DNA from: an uncultured Actinomycetes bacterium
GTDB lineage: Bacteria > Actinomycetota > Acidimicrobiia > IMCC26256 > DASPTH01
Direction of reading: 5' to 3'
NCBI GenBank assembly: GCA_963809795.1
Contig: CAWELN010000011.1
Span: 38,418 to 102,417 of the forward strand
DNA length: 64,000 nt
Shown: positions 26,382 to 35,920 of the stretch, piece after piece
How positions within the stretch are numbered: position 1 is the first letter of the stretch
Layout: every line of letters starts with the position of its first letter
Notes under the pieces: generated by a model
Told to the model about the DNA's origin: nothing
What the model saw: only the letters and a program-made list of their open reading frames with translations
Databases searched by the model: none
Translations under genes and position numbers: made by a program

Positions 26382-27764
26382 ATGGGACCACGGATCACGA
26401 TCATCGGCGGGGGCAGCTACCAGTGGACGCCGAAGCTGCTCGTCGACTTCGTCAACACGCCCGCGCTGCAGGACGCGCACGTGGTCTTGCACGACATCGA
26501 TCCCACCGCGCTTCCACGCATGGTCGATCTCGCACACCATCTCGCCGACATCCGCGGCATCACGCTGACTGCATCCGGGACGACCGACCGCGGTGCCGCG
26601 CTCGATGGCGCCGACTTCATCGTGGTGAACATCTCCACCGGCGGCTTCGCGTCGATGCGCCACGACCTCGAGATCCCCGAGCGTCACGGCGTGCGTCAGA
26701 CCGTCGGTGACAGCGTCGGACCGGGCGGCGTGCTCCGGGCGTTGCGGAACATCCCGGTCTTCCTCGATCTCGCGACCGACGTCGCCGAGCGGTGCCCGGA
26801 CGCGTGGTTGCTGAACCTCACCAACCCCATGACGACGATCTGCCGGGCGCTGACCCGCGAGACACCGCTGAAGGCCGTGGGCCTCTGCCACGAGGTCACG
26901 ATCACGCAGTTCCTCCTCAGCCTCCTGCTCGACGTCGGGTTCATGGACCTCACGCTCACGGTCGGTGGGGTCAACCACCTGCCGTTCGTGACCGCCGTCG
27001 ACGTCGCCGGTGACGACGGGTTGGAGCTGCTGCGGGCGGTGGTGGGCGACGCGGAGGCCCGCCGCGACGAGCCCCTGGCGATGGCGATCCCCGACGGCCT
27101 CGACTTCGAGAAGGTGTCGGAGGGACCCGACTGGACGAAGGGCGACCTGTTGCGGCACTGGCGGGTGAAGCTCGAGCTCTTCGACCGCTTCGGCGTGCTG
27201 CCGGGCGCCGGCGACCGCCACGTCGCCGAGTTCTTCCCCAACTTCCTCACCGAGGAGTCCGGGTGGGGGACGCGGTGGGGCGTCGGCCTCACGACCATCG
27301 AAGACCGCGAGCGTGACCAGGAGGCGCACGTGGCCGCGCTCGACGCGATGCTGGCCTGCCGCGAGGTCGAGTCGTTGCCGTCGGGGGAGATGGTGGCGCC
27401 GGTGATCCAGTGTCTCCTTCTCGACCAGCCGGGGAGCTTCCCGCTCAACGTGCCCAACGACGGTCAGGTCGCCGACCTGCCGCTCGGGGCCACCGTCGAG
27501 AGCATGTGCCTCGTGAGCGCCAACGGCGTGCACGGTCGCGACAGCGTCGCGCTGCCGGCACCTCTCGCAGAGTGCCTGCGCCGCGTGTCGGCGTCGCAGG
27601 AGCTCACCGTCGACGCCGCGATGAGCGGCGACCGTGACGCCGCGTTCGCGGCGATGCTGCTGGACCCGCTCACGAGCCGGCTCGACTACGACGCCATCGC
27701 GGTCATGACCGACGAGATGCTCGACGCCACCGCGGCGTGGCTGCCGCAGTTCTCGAAGCTGTGA
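26382..27764 (+). CDS. glycoside hydrolase family 4 (NAD+/Mn2+-dependent) enzyme
   Basis: ATG 26382. RITIIGGGSYQWTPKLL, LNLTNPMTTICRAL and VGLCHEV are GH4 hallmarks. 460 aa. Confidence 0.85.
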   Translation: MGPRITIIGGGSYQWTPKLLVDFVNTPALQDAHVVLHDIDPTALPRMVDLAHHLADIRGITLTASGTTDRGAALDGADFIVVNISTGGFASMRHDLEIPERHGVRQTVGDSVGPGGVLRALRNIPVFLDLATDVAERCPDAWLLNLTNPMTTICRALTRETPLKAVGLCHEVTITQFLLSLLLDVGFMDLTLTVGGVNHLPFVTAVDVAGDDGLELLRAVVGDAEARRDEPLAMAIPDGLDFEKVSEGPDWTKGDLLRHWRVKLELFDRFGVLPGAGDRHVAEFFPNFLTEESGWGTRWGVGLTTIEDRERDQEAHVAALDAMLACREVESLPSGEMVAPVIQCLLLDQPGSFPLNVPNDGQVADLPLGATVESMCLVSANGVHGRDSVALPAPLAECLRRVSASQELTVDAAMSGDRDAAFAAMLLDPLTSRLDYDAIAVMTDEMLDATAAWLPQFSKL

Positions 27765-27840
27765 GCGCGCGTCACTGACCGCCGGGTGGGGTCGGCCGCG
27801 CCGGTGCGCGAGACTGCCCGCCCGCGAGCGAGGGAGACGC

Positions 27841-29400
27841 GTGGAGGAGCAGGTGCCGAGGGGGTTCTGGGTCGCAGCGCGGGAGGAGCCCACGCGCGTC
27901 GCGTTGATCGACGCCGAGGAGCGGGCGTGGACCGCGGGCGAGCTGCTCTCGGGGGCCGACCGCCTCGTGCACGCCCTGCGGGCGCGCGGCGTGCAGCTCC
28001 TCGATCCGGTTGCCACCCTGACCCGCAACTCGGTCGAGCTGTTCCAGACGTTGCTCGCGGTGTTCCAGGCCGGCTGGCAGTACGTGCCGCTGAACACCCA
28101 CCTCACCGCGGCGGAGGTCGGGTACATCCTCGGTGACTCGGGCGCGGCGGTGCTGGTCGCCGACGCCGAGTTCGGCGCGGTCGCGCTGGCGGCCGCGGAC
28201 GCGGCGGGCGTCCCGCCGGCCGGTCGGATCTCGGTGGGTGGGGAGATCCCCGGCTTCACGCCGCTCGCGGCGCTGCTCGCCGACCAGCCCGACACGCCGC
28301 CCGGGCACCGCGTCGCCGGGCAGTTCCTGCAGTACACCTCGGGCACCACCGGGCGCCCGAAGGCGGTCCAGCGGGACCTGCCGCAGTTCGATCCCGAGTC
28401 CTGGGTCGCCGCCTACAGCGCCAACCTCACCCGCTACGACATCGAGCCCGGGGGCGACGCGGTGCACCTCGTCACCTCGCCGATGTACCACCTGTCGCCA
28501 CTCAACTTCGGGTACTTCTCGCTGCACCTCGAGCACACCGTCGTGCTGATGGAACGGTGGGACGCCGAGCGCGCGTTGCAGCTCATCCAGCAGTACCGCG
28601 TCACCGACGTGGCGATGGTGCCGACGCAGATGCACCGCCTCATGGCGCTCCCCGAAGCCGTGCGCGCGGAGTACGACGTGTCGTCACTGCGCCAACTGAT
28701 CCACGCGGCGGCGCCGTGTCCGATCGAGCTCAAGCGCCGGCTGTTCGAGTGGCTCGGCCCCGTCATCTACGAGTTCTACGGCGCTTCGGAGGGCGGCGGC
28801 ACGCTGGCGAGGCCCGCGGACTGGCTGGCGCACCCGGGCACCGTCGGGCGCCCCTGGGTCGGGGCCGACGTGAAGGTGCTCGACGACGACGGCAACGAGG
28901 TCGCGCCCGGCACCGTGGGCACGGTGTACCTGAAGCTCATGGGCGAGTTCGCCTACAAGGGCGACCCCGAGAAGACCGCCGCCAACCGCCACGGCGAGTA
29001 CTTCACCGTCGGTGACATGGGTGAGCTCGACGACGAGGGCTTCCTCTACCTGCGCGACCGCAAGATCGACATGATCGTGTCGGGTGGCGTGAACATCTAC
29101 CCCGCGGAGGTGGAGGCGGCCTTGCTGTCGCACCCTGCGGTGGGCGACGCTGCCGTCTTCGGCATCCCGCACGACGACTGGGGCGAGGAGGTGAAGGCGG
29201 TGGTCGAACCGGCTGCGGGCGTCGCGCCGTCGCCTGAGCTCGCCGCCGACCTGCTCGCCCACTGCGAGGGCGTGCTGGCCCGGTACAAGCTGCCCCGCAG
29301 CGTCGACTTCGTCGACGCGATGCCCCGCGACCCCAACGGCAAGCTCTACAAGCGCACGCTGCGTGACCCGTACTGGGTCGGGCGGGCGCGCGCGATCTGA
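27841..29400 (+). CDS. AMP-dependent acyl-CoA synthetase/ligase
   Basis: YTSGTTGRPKAV (AMP motif), EFYGASEGGG, TVGDMGELDDEGFLYLRDRKIDMIVSGGVNIYP, and C-terminal PRDPNGKLYKRTLRDPYW. Paralog of 45171..46745. Confidence 0.88.
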   Translation: MEEQVPRGFWVAAREEPTRVALIDAEERAWTAGELLSGADRLVHALRARGVQLLDPVATLTRNSVELFQTLLAVFQAGWQYVPLNTHLTAAEVGYILGDSGAAVLVADAEFGAVALAAADAAGVPPAGRISVGGEIPGFTPLAALLADQPDTPPGHRVAGQFLQYTSGTTGRPKAVQRDLPQFDPESWVAAYSANLTRYDIEPGGDAVHLVTSPMYHLSPLNFGYFSLHLEHTVVLMERWDAERALQLIQQYRVTDVAMVPTQMHRLMALPEAVRAEYDVSSLRQLIHAAAPCPIELKRRLFEWLGPVIYEFYGASEGGGTLARPADWLAHPGTVGRPWVGADVKVLDDDGNEVAPGTVGTVYLKLMGEFAYKGDPEKTAANRHGEYFTVGDMGELDDEGFLYLRDRKIDMIVSGGVNIYPAEVEAALLSHPAVGDAAVFGIPHDDWGEEVKAVVEPAAGVAPSPELAADLLAHCEGVLARYKLPRSVDFVDAMPRDPNGKLYKRTLRDPYWVGRARAI

Positions 29401-29421
29401 CTCGGAGAGGAGTCGAGACCC

Positions 29422-29847
29422 ATGGCCCGAGTGCCCATCGAACCGGGGTACTTCCGCATCCCCGATGATCCCGGCGCGTCGCCGGTCCTGCTCGGGAGCC
29501 GGTGCCCGAACTGCGGCGAGGTGTTCTTCCCCCGCCGCATGGTCTGTGCCCAGTGCCTGCACGAGGGCACCGACGACGTCGACCTGTCGACGCGGGGACG
29601 GCTCTGGACCTGGACGTACTGTCACGTGCCGCTGTTCGGGAAGAAGGACGCCGACGTGCCGGGGTACGGCGTGGGCCAGGTCGACCTGCCGGAGGGCCCC
29701 CGCATCCAGGCGATCCTGATGGGGGACGCCGCCGACTTCGAGATCGGCATGGAGCTCGAGACCGACCTCGAGACGCTGCGGACGAACTCCGACGGCGACG
29801 ACGTCGTGATCTACCGGTTCCGGCCTCTGGAAGGGAGCGCGCGCTGA
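29422..29847 (+). CDS. DUF35 Zn-ribbon/OB-fold protein (thiolase-associated)
   Basis: CPNCGEVFFPRRMVCAQC zinc ribbon followed by an OB-fold segment (GRLWTWTY...YGVGQVDLPEG). Stop overlaps the next start (TGATG). Confidence 0.85.
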   Translation: MARVPIEPGYFRIPDDPGASPVLLGSRCPNCGEVFFPRRMVCAQCLHEGTDDVDLSTRGRLWTWTYCHVPLFGKKDADVPGYGVGQVDLPEGPRIQAILMGDAADFEIGMELETDLETLRTNSDGDDVVIYRFRPLEGSAR

Positions 29848-31022
29848 TGCGCCACGGTCTGAAGTTCGACGGCGTCGCGGTCGCCGGCATCGGGATGGTC
29901 CGCTTCGGGATGCTGCGCGACTACCCGCTCATGCACATGGCGCGTGACGCCGGGCTCCTCGCCCTGCACGATGCCGGGATGACGCTGGCCGACGTCGACG
30001 AGGCGATGGTGGGGTACATCGCGCCGACGTCGATGATCGGGATCAAGGCGATGAAGGAGCTGGGGTTGACCGGCCTCCCGGTCACCCACATCGAGAACGC
30101 ATCGGCGACCGGCCTGGTCGCGTTCCGGGAGGCCGCGTGGGCGGTGTCGTCGGGGCGGGCCGACGTCGCGATGGCGCTGTGCTTCGACAAGTTCACCGAG
30201 ATGTCGGGCACCGGTGGGCGCGGCGGCGGTCGCGACGTGATCGACGCGCCGATCCTCCCCGCGTCGTACTTCGCGCTCTGGGCGCAGCGACGTATGCACG
30301 AGCGCGGCACCACGCCCGAGCACTTCGCCAAGGTCGCGGCCAAGAACTGGAACTACGGCGCCGCGTGCCCGGTGTCGCACCGCCGGCCGGATCATGTGGT
30401 CACGCCGGAGGAGGTGCTCGCCTCGCGCATGATCGCCGAACCCCTCACCGCGATGATGTGCTGCCCGGCCGACGACGGCGCCGCGTGCGTGATCCTGGCG
30501 CGCGACGACATCGTGCGGCAACGTCGTCCCGATCGCCCGCTCGTGCGCCCGTTGGCGTCGGCCTTGCAGTCCGAGACCTACGCGCGTGGGCACACGTTCG
30601 TCGGGCCGGTGGTCGGGCCGTCGACGATGACCCGCGACACCGCACGTGAGTGCTACGACGCGGCCGGCCTCGGGCCCGACGACGTGAGCGTCGCCTACTG
30701 CCACGACGCGTTCGTGAACGAGGAGATCGAGTACTACGAGCTGCTGGGCTTCTGCGGCGAGGGTGAGGGCGACAAGCTGGTCGAGACGGGGGAGACCGGT
30801 CCGGGGGGCCGGATCCCGTTCAACACCGACGGTGGGCTCACCGCGCGCGGACACCCGGGCGGGCCCACCGGACTCGCCATCGTGCACGAATGCGTGCAGC
30901 AGCTCCGGGGCGAGGCCGCCGGCCGCCAGGTCGACGGCGCCCGCGTCGCGCTCGCGCACCTCGTGGGCGGCGGCAGCGTCTGCACGGTCAACCTGCTCGG
31001 CACCGACGGAAAGGCTGGATGA
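29847..31022 (+). CDS. SCP-x-type thiolase-like protein (lipid-transfer protein family)
   Basis: VAVAGIGMVRFG, ENASATG (position of the thiolase nucleophile region), and C-terminal NTDGGLTARGHPGGPTG...VGGGS. Confidence 0.85.
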   Translation: MRHGLKFDGVAVAGIGMVRFGMLRDYPLMHMARDAGLLALHDAGMTLADVDEAMVGYIAPTSMIGIKAMKELGLTGLPVTHIENASATGLVAFREAAWAVSSGRADVAMALCFDKFTEMSGTGGRGGGRDVIDAPILPASYFALWAQRRMHERGTTPEHFAKVAAKNWNYGAACPVSHRRPDHVVTPEEVLASRMIAEPLTAMMCCPADDGAACVILARDDIVRQRRPDRPLVRPLASALQSETYARGHTFVGPVVGPSTMTRDTARECYDAAGLGPDDVSVAYCHDAFVNEEIEYYELLGFCGEGEGDKLVETGETGPGGRIPFNTDGGLTARGHPGGPTGLAIVHECVQQLRGEAAGRQVDGARVALAHLVGGGSVCTVNLLGTDGKAG

Positions 31023-31408
31023 TGGCGACGAACGACGACCTCCGCGCCGCGGGCAAGGAGATCCAGGGCCAGCTGTGGCCCGCCACCCGCACCGCACCCG
31101 CGGGGCAGTTCCCGGCGGCGACGCTGGCCCCGGACTTCTTCGACTACGTCCAGCAGACCGCGTTCGGGATGATCTGGACGCGGCCGGGGCTGCCGACACG
31201 CGACCGGTCGATGATCACCGTCGCCATGCTGGCGGCGCTCGGACACCACGAGGAGCTGCGCGCCCATCTCGCGGGCGCGCTGAGCGTCGGGCTGTCTCGC
31301 GAGGAGCTCGTCGAGGTGCTCATGCAGGTCGCGGTCTACGCCGGCGTCCCCGCCGCGGTCAGCGCCCTGCGTGCCGCCGCCGACGTCCTCGGCACCCCGG
31401 ACTCGTAG
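31019..31408 (+). CDS. carboxymuconolactone decarboxylase (AhpD-like) family protein
   Basis: ATG overlaps the previous stop (ATGA). FGMIWTRPGLPTRDRSMITVAMLAALGHHEELRAHL...GLSREELVEVLMQVAVYAGVPAA is typical of the CMD family. Confidence 0.75.
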   Translation: MMATNDDLRAAGKEIQGQLWPATRTAPAGQFPAATLAPDFFDYVQQTAFGMIWTRPGLPTRDRSMITVAMLAALGHHEELRAHLAGALSVGLSREELVEVLMQVAVYAGVPAAVSALRAAADVLGTPDS

Positions 31409-31439
31409 CGCCACTCCACCCAACCCATTCCGGTTCGTC

Positions 31440-32318
31440 CTAGGGGGCGGCCCAGCGCAGCTCGACGTCGCCCTGGCGTTCGGCGGCCGCGACGAGGTCG
31501 CCCCAGTCGTGGTCGCCGAGGCCGCCGGCGATGGCGCCGACCAGCACCTGCAGCACCGCGGCGCCGGCGGGCGTGGGCACGCCGAGGGCGCGGCCGGTCT
31601 CGACGATCAAGCCCGCGTCCTTCGCCGCCAGCCCGAGCGCGAACTGCGTGGGCGCGTTCCGGGTGTCGATGCTCTCGACCATCCGGTCGAGGTAGAAGTT
31701 GGCGACGCCGTTCGTGCGCAGCACCTCGACCGCCTGCTGCACGGGAACGCCCGACTTCGCCGCCAGCGACAGCCCCTCGAGGCTCACCCAGGTGGTGGTG
31801 AACGCGATCAGGCTGTTGACCAGCTTCATGGTGTTGCCGAGCCCGAGCGGGCCCAGGTGCACGAACGCGCGCCCGAGGGGCTCGAGCACCGGTTGCACGC
31901 GCGCGACGGCGTCGTCGGCACCGCCGACCATGAACGACAGCGCGCGCCGCTCGGCGCCGATCGCGCCGCCGGTCAGTGGCGCCTCGACGAGGTGGTGACC
32001 GGTCGCGGTGAGCCGAGTGCCGAGCTCGCGGACGACCTCGGGACTGTTCGTCGACAGGTCGACGAGCACGGAACCCGGCGCCGCGGTGGTCGCCCACTCG
32101 TCGGCGACCTGGCGGACGACCGTCGGCGTCGGGAGCGACATCACCGTCACCTCGCTCGCGGCGCCGACGTCGCCGACCGACTTCACCGGGCGTGCACCGG
32201 TGATTCCCTCGGCCCGCCCCGCGTCGACGTCGAACACGACGACGTCGTGGCCGTCGGCCACCAGGTTCGCCGCGACGTGGCCACCGATGTTGCCCAGCCC
32301 GATGACGCCCACCTGCAT
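31440..32318 (-). CDS. NAD(P)-dependent 3-hydroxyisobutyrate dehydrogenase-like oxidoreductase
   Basis: MQVGVIGLGNIGGHVAANL Rossmann start, VEAPLTGG, GLGNTMKLVNS. 292 aa. Confidence 0.85.
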   Translation of the reverse strand: MQVGVIGLGNIGGHVAANLVADGHDVVVFDVDAGRAEGITGARPVKSVGDVGAASEVTVMSLPTPTVVRQVADEWATTAAPGSVLVDLSTNSPEVVRELGTRLTATGHHLVEAPLTGGAIGAERRALSFMVGGADDAVARVQPVLEPLGRAFVHLGPLGLGNTMKLVNSLIAFTTTWVSLEGLSLAAKSGVPVQQAVEVLRTNGVANFYLDRMVESIDTRNAPTQFALGLAAKDAGLIVETGRALGVPTPAGAAVLQVLVGAIAGGLGDHDWGDLVAAAERQGDVELRWAAP

Positions 32319-32410
32319 CTGGTTCCCCCTCGGTGTGGGGCCCGCTCCCGAGCCCGGCGCCGCACCGTACCCCGTGGCGCGCCCGGCGCGACAAGGGTTA
32401 GGTTGCCGCG

Positions 32411-33580
32411 ATGAGCCTTCGCGACCACGTGATCTGCGACAGCGACCTGCACGTCATGGAGCCGCCGGACCTCTGGGAGCGCTACATCGACCCGGCGTAC
32501 GCGCACGCCGCGCCGCGCGGCTTGTCGGAGCTCCCGCGCGACATGCGCGTCCGGGTGAAGAACCACACGATGCTGCGCATGGGCACCGTGCGCGCCATGC
32601 ACATCGAGGGTCGCAAGACCGGCTGGCGTGAGGAGCACGACAACGTGTACGCCGCGTCGGAGGCGGCGGGCTGGGACGCCGAGTCGCAGGTGGCGGCCAT
32701 GGACGCCGAAGGCCTCGATCTCGCCGTGCTCTACCCGTCGCGTGGCCTGTTCGTCCTGGGGCTCGACAGCGTCGAGCAGATCGGTACCGACGGCCTCGAG
32801 CCCGCGTACGCGACCGCCATCGCACGCGCGTACAACGACTGGATGAAGGACTTCTGCGACGTCGCCCCCGACCGCATGTTCGGCGCGGGCATGGTCGCGC
32901 CGCACGACGTCGAGGGCGCAGTCATCGAGGCTCGCCGCTGCGTGGAGGAGCTCGGGTTCAAGGCCGTCTTCCTCGCGCCCGCGGCGGTCAACCGCCGCCC
33001 GTGGCACCACCCGGCATACGACCCGTTGTGGGCCGAGGTCGAGCGGCTCGACGTGCCCATCGCGTTCCACGGCGGCGGCCAGACCTACCTGAAGCCCGAC
33101 TTCAGCCTCGAGGTGCTCGACACGCTGATGTTGTGGCACACCTTCAGCCAGCCGCTCGGCATCCAGTTCGTCACCGCGTGCCTCTGTGGTGGCGGAGTGC
33201 TCGAGCGGTTCCCGGACCTGCGCGTCGCGTTGCTCGAGGGCAACTGCTCGTGGGCGCCGTGGTTCCTCTACCGGCTCGACGAGCACTACGAGTGGACGGG
33301 CTGGTACGAGGCCCCGAGTCTCACGATGCGCCCGTCCGACTACTTCCGCCGCAACTGCTGGATCTCGGTGGAGGCCGATGAGGAGACGGTGCCGCAGTTC
33401 ATCGATCGCTTCGGCGACGATCGGCTGATCTTCTCGACCGACTACCCGCACGGCGACTCGAAGTTCCCGCACGCGGTCGACACGTTCGACAAGCTGCCGA
33501 TGAGCGACGAGGCCAAGGCGCGTGCGGTCGGCACCAACTGGTCCGACCTCTACAAGATCCGGCTGGTGAAGAAGGTCTGA
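32411..33580 (+). CDS. amidohydrolase_2 family metal-dependent hydrolase (paralog 2 of 3, more divergent)
   Basis: ICDSDLHVMEP, AYNDWMKDF, FSTDYPHGDS. 389 aa. Confidence 0.8.
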   Translation: MSLRDHVICDSDLHVMEPPDLWERYIDPAYAHAAPRGLSELPRDMRVRVKNHTMLRMGTVRAMHIEGRKTGWREEHDNVYAASEAAGWDAESQVAAMDAEGLDLAVLYPSRGLFVLGLDSVEQIGTDGLEPAYATAIARAYNDWMKDFCDVAPDRMFGAGMVAPHDVEGAVIEARRCVEELGFKAVFLAPAAVNRRPWHHPAYDPLWAEVERLDVPIAFHGGGQTYLKPDFSLEVLDTLMLWHTFSQPLGIQFVTACLCGGGVLERFPDLRVALLEGNCSWAPWFLYRLDEHYEWTGWYEAPSLTMRPSDYFRRNCWISVEADEETVPQFIDRFGDDRLIFSTDYPHGDSKFPHAVDTFDKLPMSDEAKARAVGTNWSDLYKIRLVKKV

Positions 33581-33590
33581 CCTCACCCTG

Positions 33591-34687
33591 GTGATCGACC
33601 ACCCCGACGACCTCACCGCGGAGTGGCTCACCGGCGTCCTGCGCGCCACGAACGCCGCGGCCCGGGTCCATTCGCTCACGGTCGAGCCGATCGGCACCGG
33701 GCAGACGGGCGCGAGCTTCCGCCTCCACCTCGACGGCGACGGCGGTGTCCCGAACACCCTGGTCGCCAAGACCGCGGCCGGCGATCGGGCCGCCCGCGAG
33801 CGCGTCGCCGCCGGGTACCGCAACGAGGTGGGGTTCTACACCGTGTTCCAGGACCGGGTCCGGATCCGTACCCCGCGCTGCTGGCACGCGGAGATCAGTG
33901 AGGACGCGTGCTCGTTCGTGCTCCTGCTCGACGACCTCGCTCCGGCGCGCCCCGGCGTGCAGGCAGACGGGTGCACGGTCGACCAGGCGGCCGACGCGGC
34001 GCGCAACCTCGCCGGTCTGCACGCGCCGGTGTGGAACGACCCGTCGCTGTTCGACCACCGCGCCTGGCTGACCGCGATGTCGGGGAGCGCGCCGCGTTCC
34101 TGGGCGGGATCACCGAGGGCGCGGCCGAGCGGTTCCTGGCGCGCTACGGCCCCGAGCTGGGTGACGACGCCGAGACACTCCGCCGAGCCGCCGCGCTCAC
34201 CGGGCGCTGGGTGGCGATCGACACCGGCGTCCAGGGCCTCGTGCACGGCGACTACCGCCTCGACAACCTCATGTTCCCGGAGCACGGCGACGGCGTCGTG
34301 GCCGTCGACTGGCAGACCCTCGCCATCGGGCCGCCGGGGCGCGACCTCGCCTACTTCCTCGCCACCAGCGTCCTGGTCGACGATCGGCGCGAGCACGAAT
34401 CGGCGCTGGTCGCCGAGTACCTCGACGAGCTCCGGCGCATCGGGGTCGAGGACTACTCGTTCGAGCAGTGCTTCGCCGACTACCGGCTCGGCGTGCTGCA
34501 AGGCCCGATGATCACGATGCTCGGCTGGGCGTACGCCACCGCGACGCCGTCCGCGAGCGCCGACGCGATGTTCCTCGCCATGGCGACCCGGTCGTGCGCC
34601 GCGCTGCGCGACCTCGGCTCGCTCGAGCTGGTCGCGGCGCGCGTGAAGCGCGGGGAGGGCCGACTCAGGCCTCGAGCTGCTCCTTGA
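33591..34687 (+). pseudogene. aminoglycoside/choline-kinase-like phosphotransferase family protein, interrupted by a frameshift near 34060-34085 (or a sequencing error)
   Basis: The N-terminal 160-odd codons are protein-like from GTG 33591. The rest is in the frame of track ORF 33908..34687 (LVHGDYRLDNLMF catalytic loop, AVDWQT). The G4 run at 34082-34085 is a candidate site; G5 would join ...WLTAMSGERAAFLGG... Confidence 0.7.
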
Positions 34688-35045
34688 GCGCGGTGAGGGC
34701 GCCGACGTAGGCCCCCTGCATCGCTTCCACCATGGCGTCGTCGGCCTCGACGTCCCACGTGACGAAGGATCCGCTGCCCGCCGGCATCACCGTGATCGTC
34801 GCCCGGTGCAGCTCCGGCTGGACGTCGCCGTCGACGATCCCGTACGTGAGCGTGCGCTGCTCGTCGTCACGCGAGTACTGGTGCTCCACGAGGCGCATGC
34901 CGACCGTCCGCACCACTCGGTCGTCGCCGTCGAGCTCGCTCGTCTCGACACCGGGCATCCACGTGACGTCGCCGAAGTTGCCGACCGTCGCCCACACGTC
35001 GTCGGCCGACCGGTTGATCGTGATCTCTGCGCGTCCCTCACCCAT
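34665..35045 (-). CDS. SRPBCC (polyketide cyclase/START-like) family protein
   Basis: ATG 35045. 126 aa: AEITINRSADDVWATVGNFGDVTWMPGV... is typical of SRPBCC. The 3' end overlaps the convergent gene by 23 nt. Confidence 0.65.
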   Translation of the reverse strand: MGEGRAEITINRSADDVWATVGNFGDVTWMPGVETSELDGDDRVVRTVGMRLVEHQYSRDDEQRTLTYGIVDGDVQPELHRATITVMPAGSGSFVTWDVEADDAMVEAMQGAYVGALTALKEQLEA

Positions 35046-35124
35046 GCGGTCGACTCCTTGGTGCGTCCGGGACGCGGCGGGATACCGTCGTCGGCCACGA
35101 AGGTCTACCCGAAACGAGGTCCCC

Positions 35125-35895
35125 GTGCCGTCACCCGCCGAACTCTTCGACCTCTCCGGACGCGTCGCCGTCGTCACCGGGGGGAGCCGCGGCATCGGTC
35201 GTGCGGTGTGCTTCGCGTTGGCGCAGGCCGGGGCCGATGTGGTCGTGGCGAGTCGCAAGCTCGACAACTGCGAGAGCACCGCGGCCGAGATCCGCGCCGC
35301 GACCGGGCGGACCGTGGTGCCGATGGCACTCAACGTCAGCCACTGGGACGAGTGCGGTGAGCTCGTCGACCGGGTGTACGCGGAGCTCGGTCACTGCGAG
35401 GTGCTCATCAACAACGCGGGGCTGTCGCCGCTGTACCCCGATCTCGCCTCGGTGACCGAGGAGCTCTACGACAAGACGCACGCGGTGAACGCCAAGGGCC
35501 CGTTCCGGCTGGCCGCGCTGTTCGCCACCCGCATGTTCGAGGGTGACGGCGGGTCGATCATCAACGTCTCGACCGCGGGGTCGTGGCGTCCCGACGAGCA
35601 CGACCTGCCGTACGCGATGGCGAAGGCGGGGCTCAACGCGCTGACGCTCGGGTTGGCCGGCGCGTACAACCCGAAGGTGCGGGCCAACACCGTGCTCCCC
35701 GGCCCGTTCGAGACCGACATCACCAAGGCCTGGGCCGCAGGCACGATGGACACCGTCCGGGCGACCAACCCGATGCGGCGCATGGGCCAGCCCGAGGACA
35801 TGGCCGGGGTGTGCGTCTTCCTCGCCAGCGACGCGTCGAGCTACGTGAACGGCGCGCAGATCCTCTGCGACGGCGGCTCCTTCCGCACGCTCTGA
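35125..35895 (+). CDS. short-chain dehydrogenase/reductase (SDR)
   Basis: GTG 35125. VAVVTGGSRGIG, NNAG, YAMAKAG, and C-terminal SYVNGAQILCDGG. Confidence 0.85.
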   Translation: MPSPAELFDLSGRVAVVTGGSRGIGRAVCFALAQAGADVVVASRKLDNCESTAAEIRAATGRTVVPMALNVSHWDECGELVDRVYAELGHCEVLINNAGLSPLYPDLASVTEELYDKTHAVNAKGPFRLAALFATRMFEGDGGSIINVSTAGSWRPDEHDLPYAMAKAGLNALTLGLAGAYNPKVRANTVLPGPFETDITKAWAAGTMDTVRATNPMRRMGQPEDMAGVCVFLASDASSYVNGAQILCDGGSFRTL

Positions 35896-35920
35896 CTCGC
35901 CGGATGTTCCGGACCCTGAG

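Noticed and set aside
26298-28349. 683-aa minus-strand ORF spanning the GH4 and acyl-CoA synthetase genes
   Set aside because: It crosses an intergenic region and two well-supported plus-strand genes. It has no motifs and an Arg/Pro/Ala/Gly-rich composition.
17504-34687. Programmed ribosomal frameshifting as the explanation for the four frame breaks
   Set aside because: There are no slippery heptamers or downstream pseudoknot-like structures at the junctions. The affected proteins are ordinary enzymes or transporter subunits whose homologues are single-frame. Indel mutation or sequencing error is far more likely.
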